A DNA stretch of 63,967 nt, counting the filler, from an uncultured Rhodopirellula sp. (GTDB lineage Bacteria > Planctomycetota > Planctomycetia > Pirellulales > Pirellulaceae): assembly GCA_964007735.1 (NCBI GenBank). It is 4 parts of 4 records of this genome, joined end to end, with 100 filler letters (N's around TTAATTAATTAA, not from the genome) between each part and the next. Parts side by side here need not be neighbours in the genome. Positions count along the whole stretch, not along the records: positions 35,826 to 53,521 come from CAXGAI010000071.1; positions 53,622 to 63,967 come from CAXGAI010000088.1; 2 more parts are not named here. One strand, written 5' to 3'. Numbering within the stretch: position 1 is the first letter of the stretch; every line of letters begins with the position of its first letter. Below are positions 49,144 to 59,700 of the stretch, piece by piece. A model generated the notes under the pieces. It worked only from the letters and a program-made list of their open reading frames with translations. It was not told the origin of the DNA and did not search any database. The position numbers and the translations under genes were made by a program.

Positions 49144-50400
49144 ATGTCGAAGTCTTACTCGTTCCCAATGTTTTTAATTGCATTGTTGTTATGCCTGGAG
49201 GTATCGCATGCCCAGGATTGGCGTGCGTTCCGCGGACCAATAGGAGACGGTTCGAGTAAATTCGAAAATTTACCAACGGAGTGGGGAGTCGATAAGAATG
49301 TCACGTGGAAGAAGGAATTGCCAGGGGAAGGTTGGTCTTCGCCAGTGGTAGCAGGCGCTACGGTAGTTATCACAGCAGCGGTACCACAGGAGAAGGAGTT
49401 GGTAGACACTAAATATGATCTTGTCGTGATGGCTTTGGATCTACAAACCGGAAAACTGATCTGGAACACCACCGTGTTTGTGCAACCGGTCGACGCGCCC
49501 GCCAGGCACCAGAAGAATAGTCACGCTAGTCCAACTCCGATAGTCCATCAGGGAAAGATATATGTTCATTTTGGCCACCAGGGTACCGCATGCCTAACTC
49601 TTGACGGGAAGATTGTATGGAAAACCGTCGCAGTCGACTATCGGCCCGTTCACGGTAATGGTGGAACACCGATTATAGTGGATGAGACGTTGGTCTTCAG
49701 TGTCGATGGGGCAGCTACAACAAAAGTCGTAGCGTTATCGACAGCAAGTGGTGACGTGGCGTGGGTATTTGATCGTCGAACGGATGCGCCGAGGAAATTT
49801 TCGTTTTCTACGCCAGCTCTTATTCACGTTGATGGGGAACCACAAATTGTTTCAGCGGGTAGCGACGTCGTGCATGGCCTTGACGCAAAGTCAGGCGAAA
49901 TGATTTGGAAAGTGAGCTACGATGGGTACAGCGTCATTCCCAAACCAATTTACAAGGATGGTTTACTCTATGTATGCACTAGTTACAATACGCCTTGGAT
50001 TTATTGTATCGACCCTACTGGAAGGGGAGATATTACGAAAACACATGTCAGGTGGTCACATCAAAAACAGGTGCCCCATACTCCCTCGATAATTGTTGAC
50101 GCGGGGAGAATTTTTATGGTGTCTGATCGGGGTATCGGCAGTTGCCTCAACGCTAAGACGGGTGACGTGATCTGGCAGGAACGAATAGGCGGCAACTTTT
50201 CGGCATCCCCCGTTATCGCGAACGGACTTATCTATCTACAAAGCGAGCAAGGGGATGCTACCGTTATCGAAGCAAGTCCGAAGTTTAAGGTGGTTTCCAA
50301 AAACACTTTCGGTGAACGGGCTTTGGCAACCTATGGTGTTGCGGACGGAACGCTTCTTATCCGTACATCAGAATCTCTATATTGCGTTCAGGAAAAGTAG
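49144..50400 (+). CDS. PQQ-binding-like beta-propeller repeat protein (BamB-like planctomycete family)
   Basis: Signal peptide; DWRAFRGP, LPTEW, GWSSPVV, NSHASPTP, FSTP, FSASPV. Confidence 0.92.
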   Translation: MSKSYSFPMFLIALLLCLEVSHAQDWRAFRGPIGDGSSKFENLPTEWGVDKNVTWKKELPGEGWSSPVVAGATVVITAAVPQEKELVDTKYDLVVMALDLQTGKLIWNTTVFVQPVDAPARHQKNSHASPTPIVHQGKIYVHFGHQGTACLTLDGKIVWKTVAVDYRPVHGNGGTPIIVDETLVFSVDGAATTKVVALSTASGDVAWVFDRRTDAPRKFSFSTPALIHVDGEPQIVSAGSDVVHGLDAKSGEMIWKVSYDGYSVIPKPIYKDGLLYVCTSYNTPWIYCIDPTGRGDITKTHVRWSHQKQVPHTPSIIVDAGRIFMVSDRGIGSCLNAKTGDVIWQERIGGNFSASPVIANGLIYLQSEQGDATVIEASPKFKVVSKNTFGERALATYGVADGTLLIRTSESLYCVQEK

Positions 50401-50541
50401 CTGTCCGCAGGTGACACTGATCGGCCGCTACCTGCCACGGGCTACTGGGTAGACAACGCGATTTCCCCACCCGATCATCCATCGGGCTGGTACCATGCTT
50501 CGGCTGAATTCTCAACGACATTAGAAGACGAGTGAGGACAT

Positions 50542-51144
50542 CTATTTAGTGATGCTCAAAACACGTTCGAAGATTGTCGGTGTTCGTGGGGTTGTACGCT
50601 TGAGCAACGCCATCGGCTCATATCCTGGTTTCACTATACTGAGGAGTGTCGCAGGCGTCTGGAATTTTGGCGAACGAAACCAAAACCTTGGGCCTGCCTC
50701 TAAGATTTTACTCACATATTGAGCACATTGTAGTGTATTTTGGTCCCTACCAAATAGAGTCGGGATGACGCTGTAAGGAGTTCCAATCGCAGCGTTTGCT
50801 CTATCTAGCATGGCATCCAACTCAGCCTCGGAATACGGATGTTTAGGTTCCATGATCCATAACGCTACTTGCCTACCGCCGTTAGATTTAACGCTTGTGG
50901 CTGTGACTTGGAATTTGGCATACGTAGATTTTATGGTGCCTCCAGGTTTCGCCTCGAAGACTATCGGGACTCCCCGCTCGTATAGAATAATCGCGACATG
51001 AGAATACGATGACTTCGTGTAAGTGCTCACGAGACAGCTTCCGTGCTCCGTGAAAATCAAGGCGCCGTTAGACGGCGGCTCTACGGCCAGCAAATTCGTA
51101 TTAAACAACCAGCATAGCGGTAATAAATATAGCAATTTGTTCAT
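50542..51144 (-). CDS. Secreted permuted papain-like NlpC/P60 (YiiX/YebB) protein
   Basis: YSHVAII precedes GTPYS and QCAQYV (His-before-Cys order); signal peptide. Confidence 0.8.
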   Translation of the reverse strand: MNKLLYLLPLCWLFNTNLLAVEPPSNGALIFTEHGSCLVSTYTKSSYSHVAIILYERGVPIVFEAKPGGTIKSTYAKFQVTATSVKSNGGRQVALWIMEPKHPYSEAELDAMLDRANAAIGTPYSVIPTLFGRDQNTLQCAQYVSKILEAGPRFWFRSPKFQTPATLLSIVKPGYEPMALLKRTTPRTPTIFERVLSITK

Positions 51145-51203
51145 TGACAGCTCCTCTGCGTATGATGTTGATTCTACGCATCAATCGAATTATTGGGAGC
51201 TGG

Positions 51204-52277
51204 TCACGGAGTCCAAGGGATTTCCTGGGCATTTGTGAGGTATTTTACCGTGTTTGAAGGATCGACATGAACGAGAAAGGTACGAAAAGGACCGCTAGTT
51301 GGACGAAATTGGGGTACGACGCCCTGCAATTGTGCGTGGATTTCCCCGCTACGAACCGGTAAGGCAAATCGACTAAATCCATCACGTTGCGAATGTATAA
51401 CCCAGTAGACTGTACCTTTTTCTGGCATCTCCCGAGTTTGCTGTATACTAACCGAAAAAGACATCGAAGTACCGCCGGCCAACAACATAGGTACTGCTGT
51501 TGGGGCGTTGAACTCAGCGTAAATCGTGTTCACGCCTCCGGGTATTCCAATTTTTATGTTCTGGGTCGATTGTGAACTAATTGGTTGGTTTTCACTCTGC
51601 AGTCCGGATTTGGAGCGTTCCGCGGAATCTGTTCGGCGGATCGCCGAGGGTAGATTGTTCTTTCGAGGCGCATTGATAGGGTTCGGCTTAGTTCGGGGTT
51701 GTGATACAACAGCAGTCCCCTGAGCGGTCGTTGTCTCACCAAGATATTGAGCAGTAGGATCCTGATTGGCAGGTCCCAGCATGGCCGGATCGAAAGCTCC
51801 CCCCTGCGCGATATATTGTGAAGTTACATCTGCACCTTGACTGGTGTCCGGCATGGCGAACTCGCCAAACTGTGCAGTGTATTCCCCAACGAGGTCATTA
51901 CTACTGTCGCCAATGGAACCTTCGTCGATAGTCATGGCTTCCGCGTATTCGGGATTCCCTACATAAGCTCCCATCGCCTGCCCGGGATCTTCCCCGAGGT
52001 CTTGGGTGGTTTCCATCATTGCCTGATAATCAGAGCTTTGGGAGGGATCTCCATACAAAGCTTCTGAGTCCGTCGTCGCGGACATATTGGAGTTAGGGGC
52101 CAAATCCTGACTGGGGCGAATTGATGTTGGATCAACAAATTGCCCATCTTCCGCTGAATTCAAATGGGACGGCGTTCCCTCTTCGCGTTCCGGTAGGTAA
52201 TTAGCTATTCGCTTACCAAGTTGATCGCATCCAGTAATGCAGATCAGCGAGAGCACAAATACAAGCTTAAAGTTCAA
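51204..52277 (-). CDS. Hypothetical lipoprotein with long disordered region
   Basis: Lipobox ITGC; low-complexity middle; small beta-rich C-terminal domain. Confidence 0.7.
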   Translation of the reverse strand: MNFKLVFVLSLICITGCDQLGKRIANYLPEREEGTPSHLNSAEDGQFVDPTSIRPSQDLAPNSNMSATTDSEALYGDPSQSSDYQAMMETTQDLGEDPGQAMGAYVGNPEYAEAMTIDEGSIGDSSNDLVGEYTAQFGEFAMPDTSQGADVTSQYIAQGGAFDPAMLGPANQDPTAQYLGETTTAQGTAVVSQPRTKPNPINAPRKNNLPSAIRRTDSAERSKSGLQSENQPISSQSTQNIKIGIPGGVNTIYAEFNAPTAVPMLLAGGTSMSFSVSIQQTREMPEKGTVYWVIHSQRDGFSRFALPVRSGEIHAQLQGVVPQFRPTSGPFRTFLVHVDPSNTVKYLTNAQEIPWTP

Positions 52278-52351
52278 CTCATTTCTCCTCGTGATGTCCT
52301 AACTGTATTTTAGACAAGACGCAGGTTAAAAAGTAGTTCTTCTTCGCTTTG

Positions 52352-53212
52352 TTATTCCATTAACAAAGGGAAGAATTGCCCGGATAATGGCTCGCCTCGC
52401 TTAAACCTAGTCACCCCCTTTAATAAAGGTTCATCCGTTTGGCTCATCACACCATCTGCGATAAGATTTACGACGGCAGCCTGGCGTGCCGAGTCCGTCT
52501 TGTTCTCGAATGAGCCATGAACTGTTAGAGGGTGATGGAAAACCACTTGACCTGCTCTCAGTTCTACAGGACTCGGGTTAGAAAAAGCCAGAGTTTGTTG
52601 TTTATTCAGTCCCACGCGGATCGAATCCATATCCCCAGCTAGGCCAGTATTGGGAAGCAAATCCCAATGATTACTTCCCGCGATATAGTGAATGCAGCCG
52701 TTTTCGATCGTGGCATCTTCCAGCGCTATCCAACAGGTTAAATGGTTCATGGGAGCCGTACGTGTCCAATACGAATAATCTTGATGCCAGGCTACGACTC
52801 CGCCATGACGTGCCGGCTTACAAAAAAGTTGGTCGTGCCAAAAACGAACACTTCCTCCCAGTAATTGACGAGCCGGGACAGTAATTGCAGGATGCCAGAG
52901 TAGATCATGGAACGACCTTCGTAGACGCCACGCTCCGAGCGCATGAAAGAGGATATTTTTAGGATCCAATGATTCATTGATGTGATACTCATACCAGAGT
53001 TCACTGCCGTCATGTCCGGGTCGCAACAATTCTTTCAAATCGTTTTGCAGTTCGGTCAGGACATCTGCGAGAAGGCAACCACGTCCGACTACAAAACCGT
53101 TATGATTGAAATCACTAATTTCCCTGGGGGTGAGTGCAAATGTGTCAAGGTCAGGCGTTGGGAGCCAGCCAGGATCCACTGGGGCGTCATAAACGGAAAA
53201 GTCAATCGTCAT
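52352..53212 (-). CDS. Phytanoyl-CoA dioxygenase (PhyH) family protein
   Basis: FWHDQLFCKP, WHQDYSYW, WIALEDATIENG, FHHPLTVHGS. Confidence 0.92.
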   Translation of the reverse strand: MTIDFSVYDAPVDPGWLPTPDLDTFALTPREISDFNHNGFVVGRGCLLADVLTELQNDLKELLRPGHDGSELWYEYHINESLDPKNILFHALGAWRLRRSFHDLLWHPAITVPARQLLGGSVRFWHDQLFCKPARHGGVVAWHQDYSYWTRTAPMNHLTCWIALEDATIENGCIHYIAGSNHWDLLPNTGLAGDMDSIRVGLNKQQTLAFSNPSPVELRAGQVVFHHPLTVHGSFENKTDSARQAAVVNLIADGVMSQTDEPLLKGVTRFKRGEPLSGQFFPLLME

Positions 53213-53520
53213 TCGGTAGCCGGAGTCGACATATCTTTTTGCGGCAACGTACTCGTGGCGCGAAAATCGTCGTATTTCTTTCGCGTGGTGGCGCGATCCT
53301 CGTCGCTCGCAAAACCAACAGTCGAATAATTCAGTTGGCGGGTGTTTGTATACGATATCCTATCGAACCCATAGTCGCGGGGATTTTCACCCGCAATTAA
53401 TAGTGCGCCGGCAATGGCTACGTCCCGTAATTGTGTCTGGTGCAATTTCTGGCCAACTCGCTGCTGGACACCGCAAAAACTTTTGTCGTTAATTCTCACC
53501 TCGAGATCTGGGAGGTTGGC
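53209..53520 (-). CDS. C-terminal fragment of a hypothetical protein (5'-truncated at contig end)
   Basis: Frame is open to the contig edge; TQLRDVAIA...GENPRDYGF...GFASDEDR; ATGA overlap with the phyH gene. Confidence 0.65.
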   Translation of the reverse strand, partial: ANLPDLEVRINDKSFCGVQQRVGQKLHQTQLRDVAIAGALLIAGENPRDYGFDRISYTNTRQLNYSTVGFASDEDRATTRKKYDDFRATSTLPQKDMSTPATE

Positions 53521-53521
53521 A

Positions 53522-53621
53522 NNNNNNNNNNNNNNNNNNNNNNNNNNNNNNNNNNNNNNNNNNNNTTAATTAATTAANNNNNNNNNNNNNNNNNNNNNNN
53601 NNNNNNNNNNNNNNNNNNNNN
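53522..53621. other. Artificial contig spacer
   Basis: Ns with TTAATTAATTAA, 100 nt. Confidence 0.99.
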
Positions 53622-53790
53622 TTTTGTTCGTACATTTGTTCGAGTTTCGCGGTCACTCGCTTCACCAACTCATCAATGGGTATAAATCCTTTGCGGGTGG
53701 AGCGTTCGGAGATGGCCAAAATAGCCCTTTCCGCCTCATCAACCACTTCGGCCACTTTTTTGTCGTTGCGGTAGGCATTGGTAACAATCC
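53622..53790 (-). other. dnaB: Internal fragment resembling replicative helicase DnaB, joined in frame to the adhesin (probable chimeric contig end)
   Basis: IVTNAYRNDKKVAEVVDEAERAILAISERSTRKGFIPIDELVKRVTAKLEQMYEQ matches the pattern of the DnaB N-domain/linker. Confidence 0.7.
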
Positions 53791-56700
53791 CCGTAATGAA
53801 CACCTCCAGACTTTGATCCCCCTGGAAATCAAAGGAACGCAAGTGCCCGCCATCTATCAGTTCGTGTTGACCACCAGCTGTGCTTAGATCAACAACAATA
53901 TCACTCCAGCTTTCCAGAGCAGCCAGGTCAAGCTTGTCATGTCCTCCCAAAGTTGCCTCGACAATGACATCTGTTTCGGGACCTACCACAGATGGTTGTA
54001 AGGTTACCCCGGTAATCCCTGTGATCCCGGAAACCGTGTCCAAGACCTCAAAGTTATTAAAGAACTTGTAGACATCATCTCTCCCCTTAGCCTCAAGCGT
54101 ATCGCTTCCAAGATGACCTACCAAAATCTGCTGGCGTTCATTACCTATTAAATGATCGTCTTCAGTACTTCCCACGATACGTTCAATATAGTTCTCATCA
54201 TTATTTTCAAAATGAATGATTCTTTCGTTACCACCCGCGATTGCATGAATATTGAATGGCAGAGCAGGATTTACGGACCCCAAATCGAGGGCGACAGACG
54301 GATTATTGATACCTGCCAGAGTGCCGTCACCGTAACCATAATAATTGTATAAAGTCTCAAACGTAAAAGTATCAAGCCCTTCTTTTTCATAGTCATGGAG
54401 CGAATCTGTTTCATTACCAACACTGGCAGAAGCGGTACCATTTTTTGCCAGTACCTGTTCAAAAACGTAGGTGTCATTTCGCTTACCTGTACTAATGAAT
54501 TTCTCAAAGGCAGGGTCTGACTTATCAATTTCGTTATCCCCGAAAATATGATCATTACCACCGAAAATATGGATTTCATCGTTACCATCCGGCACTAACA
54601 AAACCGCCTGATTTTGGAAATTGACATCGGATATGGTCGTCTGCTTCATAAACGTTAATAGATGCGAATCATTAGGCAGATCTGGATATTTCTGTAAATA
54701 ACCTTCCTTCTGAACTTCTCGAATATGGACCTGATTCTGGTCAATGCCGGTGAGCGTATAACTACCATCACTGGCTGTCGTCGTGGAAACCTCGCCTTCA
54801 TCCAGAATGCCGTTATTATTTGAATCGGCGTAGATCACAAATCCCGCTAATCCCTGTTCTGGATTCTCGTAATCAAGTTTACGACCGTGAACTGTTAACT
54901 GTGACCGGTTGCCGAAGTCATAACTGCCTTTGACTTCCGCACCATCAATATGTACCAGATAATTTCTGCCACTTCGCTTGGGATCCGGTTCCGGATAGGT
55001 CTGTGTCCACCCCGGCTGAAGTACCTCTTTAACCAGATGGGTTCCAGCAGGAACATTCTCGAAGACATAAAGCCCTTCTTCATTCTGGGGTGTATCCGGG
55101 TTATCCGATTGCGTTTGGACGCTGGCATCTGCGACAAAAGTGGAATGAATCCCTTCCCAGTGATAGTCAACCTGAATCAACCAACCGTCGAGGCCTTTAT
55201 CCAAAGAACCGTCGGCACCGTATAGCCCATTGGTTCCCACATCGGAGTCATAACGTTTATAGCCGTAGATCATACCTAACTTCTGATTACTAAAGTTTAG
55301 GTTTGTCACGATTGATTGATTATCAAAACTAACATCAAACTTACCATTGTCCGGAGCAGACACTGCCCAGCCGGACGGGAGTGTTTCCCGAATCGTCACC
55401 GGGTCACATGGCAACCCAATCATGGAGTAATAACCAGTTTCATCTTTATCTGTTGCGGGATCATCAAAGGATGTAAGGGTTGCTGGTTCACCCGGATCAT
55501 ACTGACTATTCCCATTTAGATCGGCATAGATCTGAACTCCCGGAATACCAACATCTCCATGAATACCTGTCTTCCGTCCATGGACTTCGCAATCCTGATG
55601 ATTTCCAAAATTAATTCCGGTAATATTTTGTCCAACCGCAAGCGTGACCGGGTGAGCATCTTCAATTGGATAGATTTGCTCCCAACCTGGCTGCTGCACC
55701 TCGGACACCTGATATTTTCCGGCTGCTAGACCACGGAATAAATAATCACCGTTGGCATCGGTGGTGGTTGTTTGGTCGATCGTACCATCGCGACCAATGT
55801 CGAGTTGAATCACCCATCCCAGCAAACGTGGTTCGCCCGCATCCCAGATACCGTCAGCATCAACATCATTCCATTTTGTACCAGCAATACTACCGGTAGG
55901 TTCGTCGAGTTGATTTCCGAAATTAATTCCCACGACACTTTGACCAGTAGCCAAAGTAACCGGATGAGCCGGCTCGGTTGGGAATGTGCGTTTCCAACCC
56001 TGCTTTTGATCTTCAGAGACCTGATAACGCCCTGCATCCAGACCGGTAAAAGTATAGTTGCCTTCACTATTGGTCAGAACCGTTTGATCGATCGTACCAT
56101 TTTGTCCGATATCCAACTGGATCGTCCAATCGGAAAGAGCCGGTTCGTTTTCATCCCACGCACCATCCCCATCCAGGTCATTCCATTTCGAGCCGGCAAT
56201 ACTCCCCAACACACTCTCATTCTGATTACCAAAATTAATTCCCGTTACATCCTGACCAGACACTAATGTCACTGGATGTGCCGTTTCGACAGGGAATGTC
56301 CGTGTCCAACCATTCTGCTGTGTCTCCGAGACCTGATAACGTCCAGCACGTAGACCTCTAAAGGAATAATTGCCCTGACTATCGGTAATTACCGTCTGGT
56401 CGATAATCCCATTCTGCCCGATATCCAAATGAATGGCCCAGTCAGATAAGGCCGGTTCGTTTTCATCCCATAGACGGTCACCATCTATATCGTTCCACTT
56501 AGATCCCGAGATGCTTGAAGTAGGGACATTTAAGAAGTTGATATCCGTGAACGTTCCATCCGCAGAAAGAGAAATATCGTGAAAACCATTTACTGGTACC
56601 GTAGTAAGCCATTCTGGCTGCGTAATTAGCCCCACTGCAACAGTTTCAACATCGCCCGGATCAAACTCAAATTCGAAAGTACCATCTTCTCCGGAGAGGG

Positions 56701-59700
56701 TCGTTGGATCGTTACCGCTCAACTTCTGGTCTCTGTCTAAATCAGCGTAGACTGTCCAATTACCAAGTGGTATATCATTTTCCGGATCTAGTTTTCCATC
56801 TTCCGCTTTATCGTAAAAAACAGAACCAACAAATTTCCGAATCGCACCCTCCGATTCTTTGTCCTCTTCATTGCCAAAATTTATTCCCGTTACATTCTGA
56901 CCGGACACCAAGTTCACAAAATGTATATCATCGAGCGGGAATGTACGTACCCAACCATTCCGCTGTATCTCAGCAACTTGATATTTCCCCGCCTCTAAGT
57001 CACTAAATAAATAATCACCATTTGAGTCTGTTGTTATCGATTTATCAAAAATGCCATCACGACCGATATCCAACAGGATTGTCCAGTCGGAAAGTCTCGG
57101 CTCTCCTGCATCCCAAACCCCATTACCATCAAGATCGTTCCACTTCGTTCCGGCAATACTCCCCAAGGCACTCTCGTTCTGATTGCCAAAATTCAAATCC
57201 TGAACATGCATGGACGGTTTGACTACCACCTGATACGAATTCTTTTCAGGGTACGTTTGCTGCCAGCCGTTCACCGGGAACTCCGTTACCGACACAACAC
57301 CTGCCGGAACAACAGCCTCGTAATATCCATAGGCATTGGTAATTGCCACCATGTCAGGCGTTTCATCACCGTTCAGATCTAGACCAATTTGCCATTTTTC
57401 AATGGCGGGCTCTTTGGCACTCCAGATTCCATCTCCATCCAGATCATTCCATTTATAACCAGAAACGATTCCAGTGGCACGATTCGTAAAATTGACACTC
57501 TCAAAGTCCAAACCATTTGTCAAATCAACAATATGCCTACCACCTTCAGGTGCCACCGATTGCCAACCCGATGCTTCCAATTCACGGATCACTACAGAAT
57601 CGCGACCACCAAAACCACTTAATTGATACGTTCCCAATTCGTTGACATTCGCCGTCACGGGATTGTCCGGAAGCGTTTCCGCACTGGGTTCACCAGCGTC
57701 CCACTGTAAATTATTGTTGAAGTCCGCATAAATTGTAAAACCAGCGGCAGGCTGTGAAACAATCTCTCCACCGCGGGTACTCTGTATAAATTTAGTTCCT
57801 GAAACAACTGGCTCACGTTGATTCCCAAAGTTCACTCCGGAGTAATCTACTCCTATCTGGGCAACAATAATGTGTTCGCCAGAATCTGGATAAACTGCCG
57901 ACCAACCGAGAGGCACAAACTCAACGACACGATGCTTTCCGGGGGCCACTCCCGTAAATTCATAGACACCTTCACTGGAAGTCATTGTGGTCCGGTCGAT
58001 GGTGCCATCATTATTAAGGTCCAGGCCAATAGTAATGCCCTCTAGAAGACCTTCTTGCCCATTTTGCTTGCCATTGGCATCCTGATCATTCCATTTAATC
58101 CCGGAAATGGTCGTAAACGGTCCATTGTAGAAATTAATGTTATTTTGTTCATTTCCGTCTTTGAACTCGACATCAATTTCACCGTTACCGGGCTCCAGAG
58201 GCCCCCAACCCTCATTGGGAATTTCACGAATTGTCACCATATTAGTACGAATACCTTCGAGTCGATATTGACCGTGCTTTCCGGTAATATCGTTGGGTTC
58301 CGCTGCATCCCACTGTCCGTTTGCATTGATATCTGCATAGACAAAGACACCCGAGCCTGGATAATCCTGGCCATCGTAACGACGATATTTAGTACCTGTC
58401 ACCACGTTATCGGGTAAATCCTGATTTCCAAAGTCGATGCCCCTAGCTGTTTGACCAGCTTCGACCGTTACCACATGGTGATTTTTTAGAACGCGGATAT
58501 TATCGATACCCCAGCGTTCGAAATTAGTCTTACCGTCGTTGGTCAAACCTAAACCTTCGAAGATCAGATTCAAGTGTGATGAATCATGGTTCAAATCAAT
58601 TTCAAAATGATAAGTCGTATCGGCCGGCAAGAAGTCCTCTGACTGCTGCGCTGGACGACCATACATGTCATAGCCAAGTGTATTATGAGCTGCTGTTCCG
58701 TGAGCAAACTCCAGTGGCAATGGATAATCCGTCGACAAATTCCCAAAATCCATAGTGCGCTGAGCGCCGGTGCGCGGAGCATAGCGTTCTTCACCTGATT
58801 GCATGACAGGCGTTCCGACAGCATTGAGACCATAGGACTGTTCAAAAGTCCGCTGAGGAGATTTCAAATCTCCCCCTGCCACGATACGGCCTTCTGCCTC
58901 CCCCTGACTCAACTGATTAAATACACGTATCACATCGGCGGGAGAAATATGTCCGTCACCAGTCACATCCAGATATCCTTGACTGGAAACAACATCGGAT
59001 TCTACAACTGATAAATCAACCGCGCCGTTTTGAGCCACAAAGTTGAAGAGAAGCTCACTATCTTTTGTAGTTACGTTACCAGGTGTTTCCTGCACTTCGA
59101 CATCCAGTGGATTATTCGCATTCTGCCATGACACTACACGATCGTCATGATTACTAAAAGAAGTATCAACTAAATACGGATTTCCATTGGCTGAAAAGCG
59201 AAAACGGTCTTCTCCCTGGAATGCGTGGTCACCATCCCAGGAGCCCAGTACGTAGAGATCAAAGCTAACACGAAGATCCTGATGCGCCGGCAAATTATAT
59301 AGGTCCAGCTCAATTCTATCATTTGTAAAATCTCCTAAAAACGACGTTACGCCACTCGGAGCAACATGCGGTTGTAACAAGCTAGTCGCAGACGTATCGG
59401 AACTCCAGACAGCGTTAAACTCTGAATTGAGTTCACTTTCAAAATTCTCACTGTAAAGCAACAGCGGTGAAGTTTGCCAATGCTCCGGTGCCTCTTCTCT
59501 TACGGTATGTTCACCTGTTGGAATATTTACAAATGTGTAATTACCTTCGGCATCGGTATAAACGAACGGTTCATGGCTCTCTAAAGGGTTGGCATCCCAC
59601 TGACCATTGGCATTGGAATCGGCGTAATCCCACTCCCCGTTATCGTTCTGATCAAGATAGATTTTTATCCCTGAAATTCCTGGTTCATTAGCTCCTCGTT

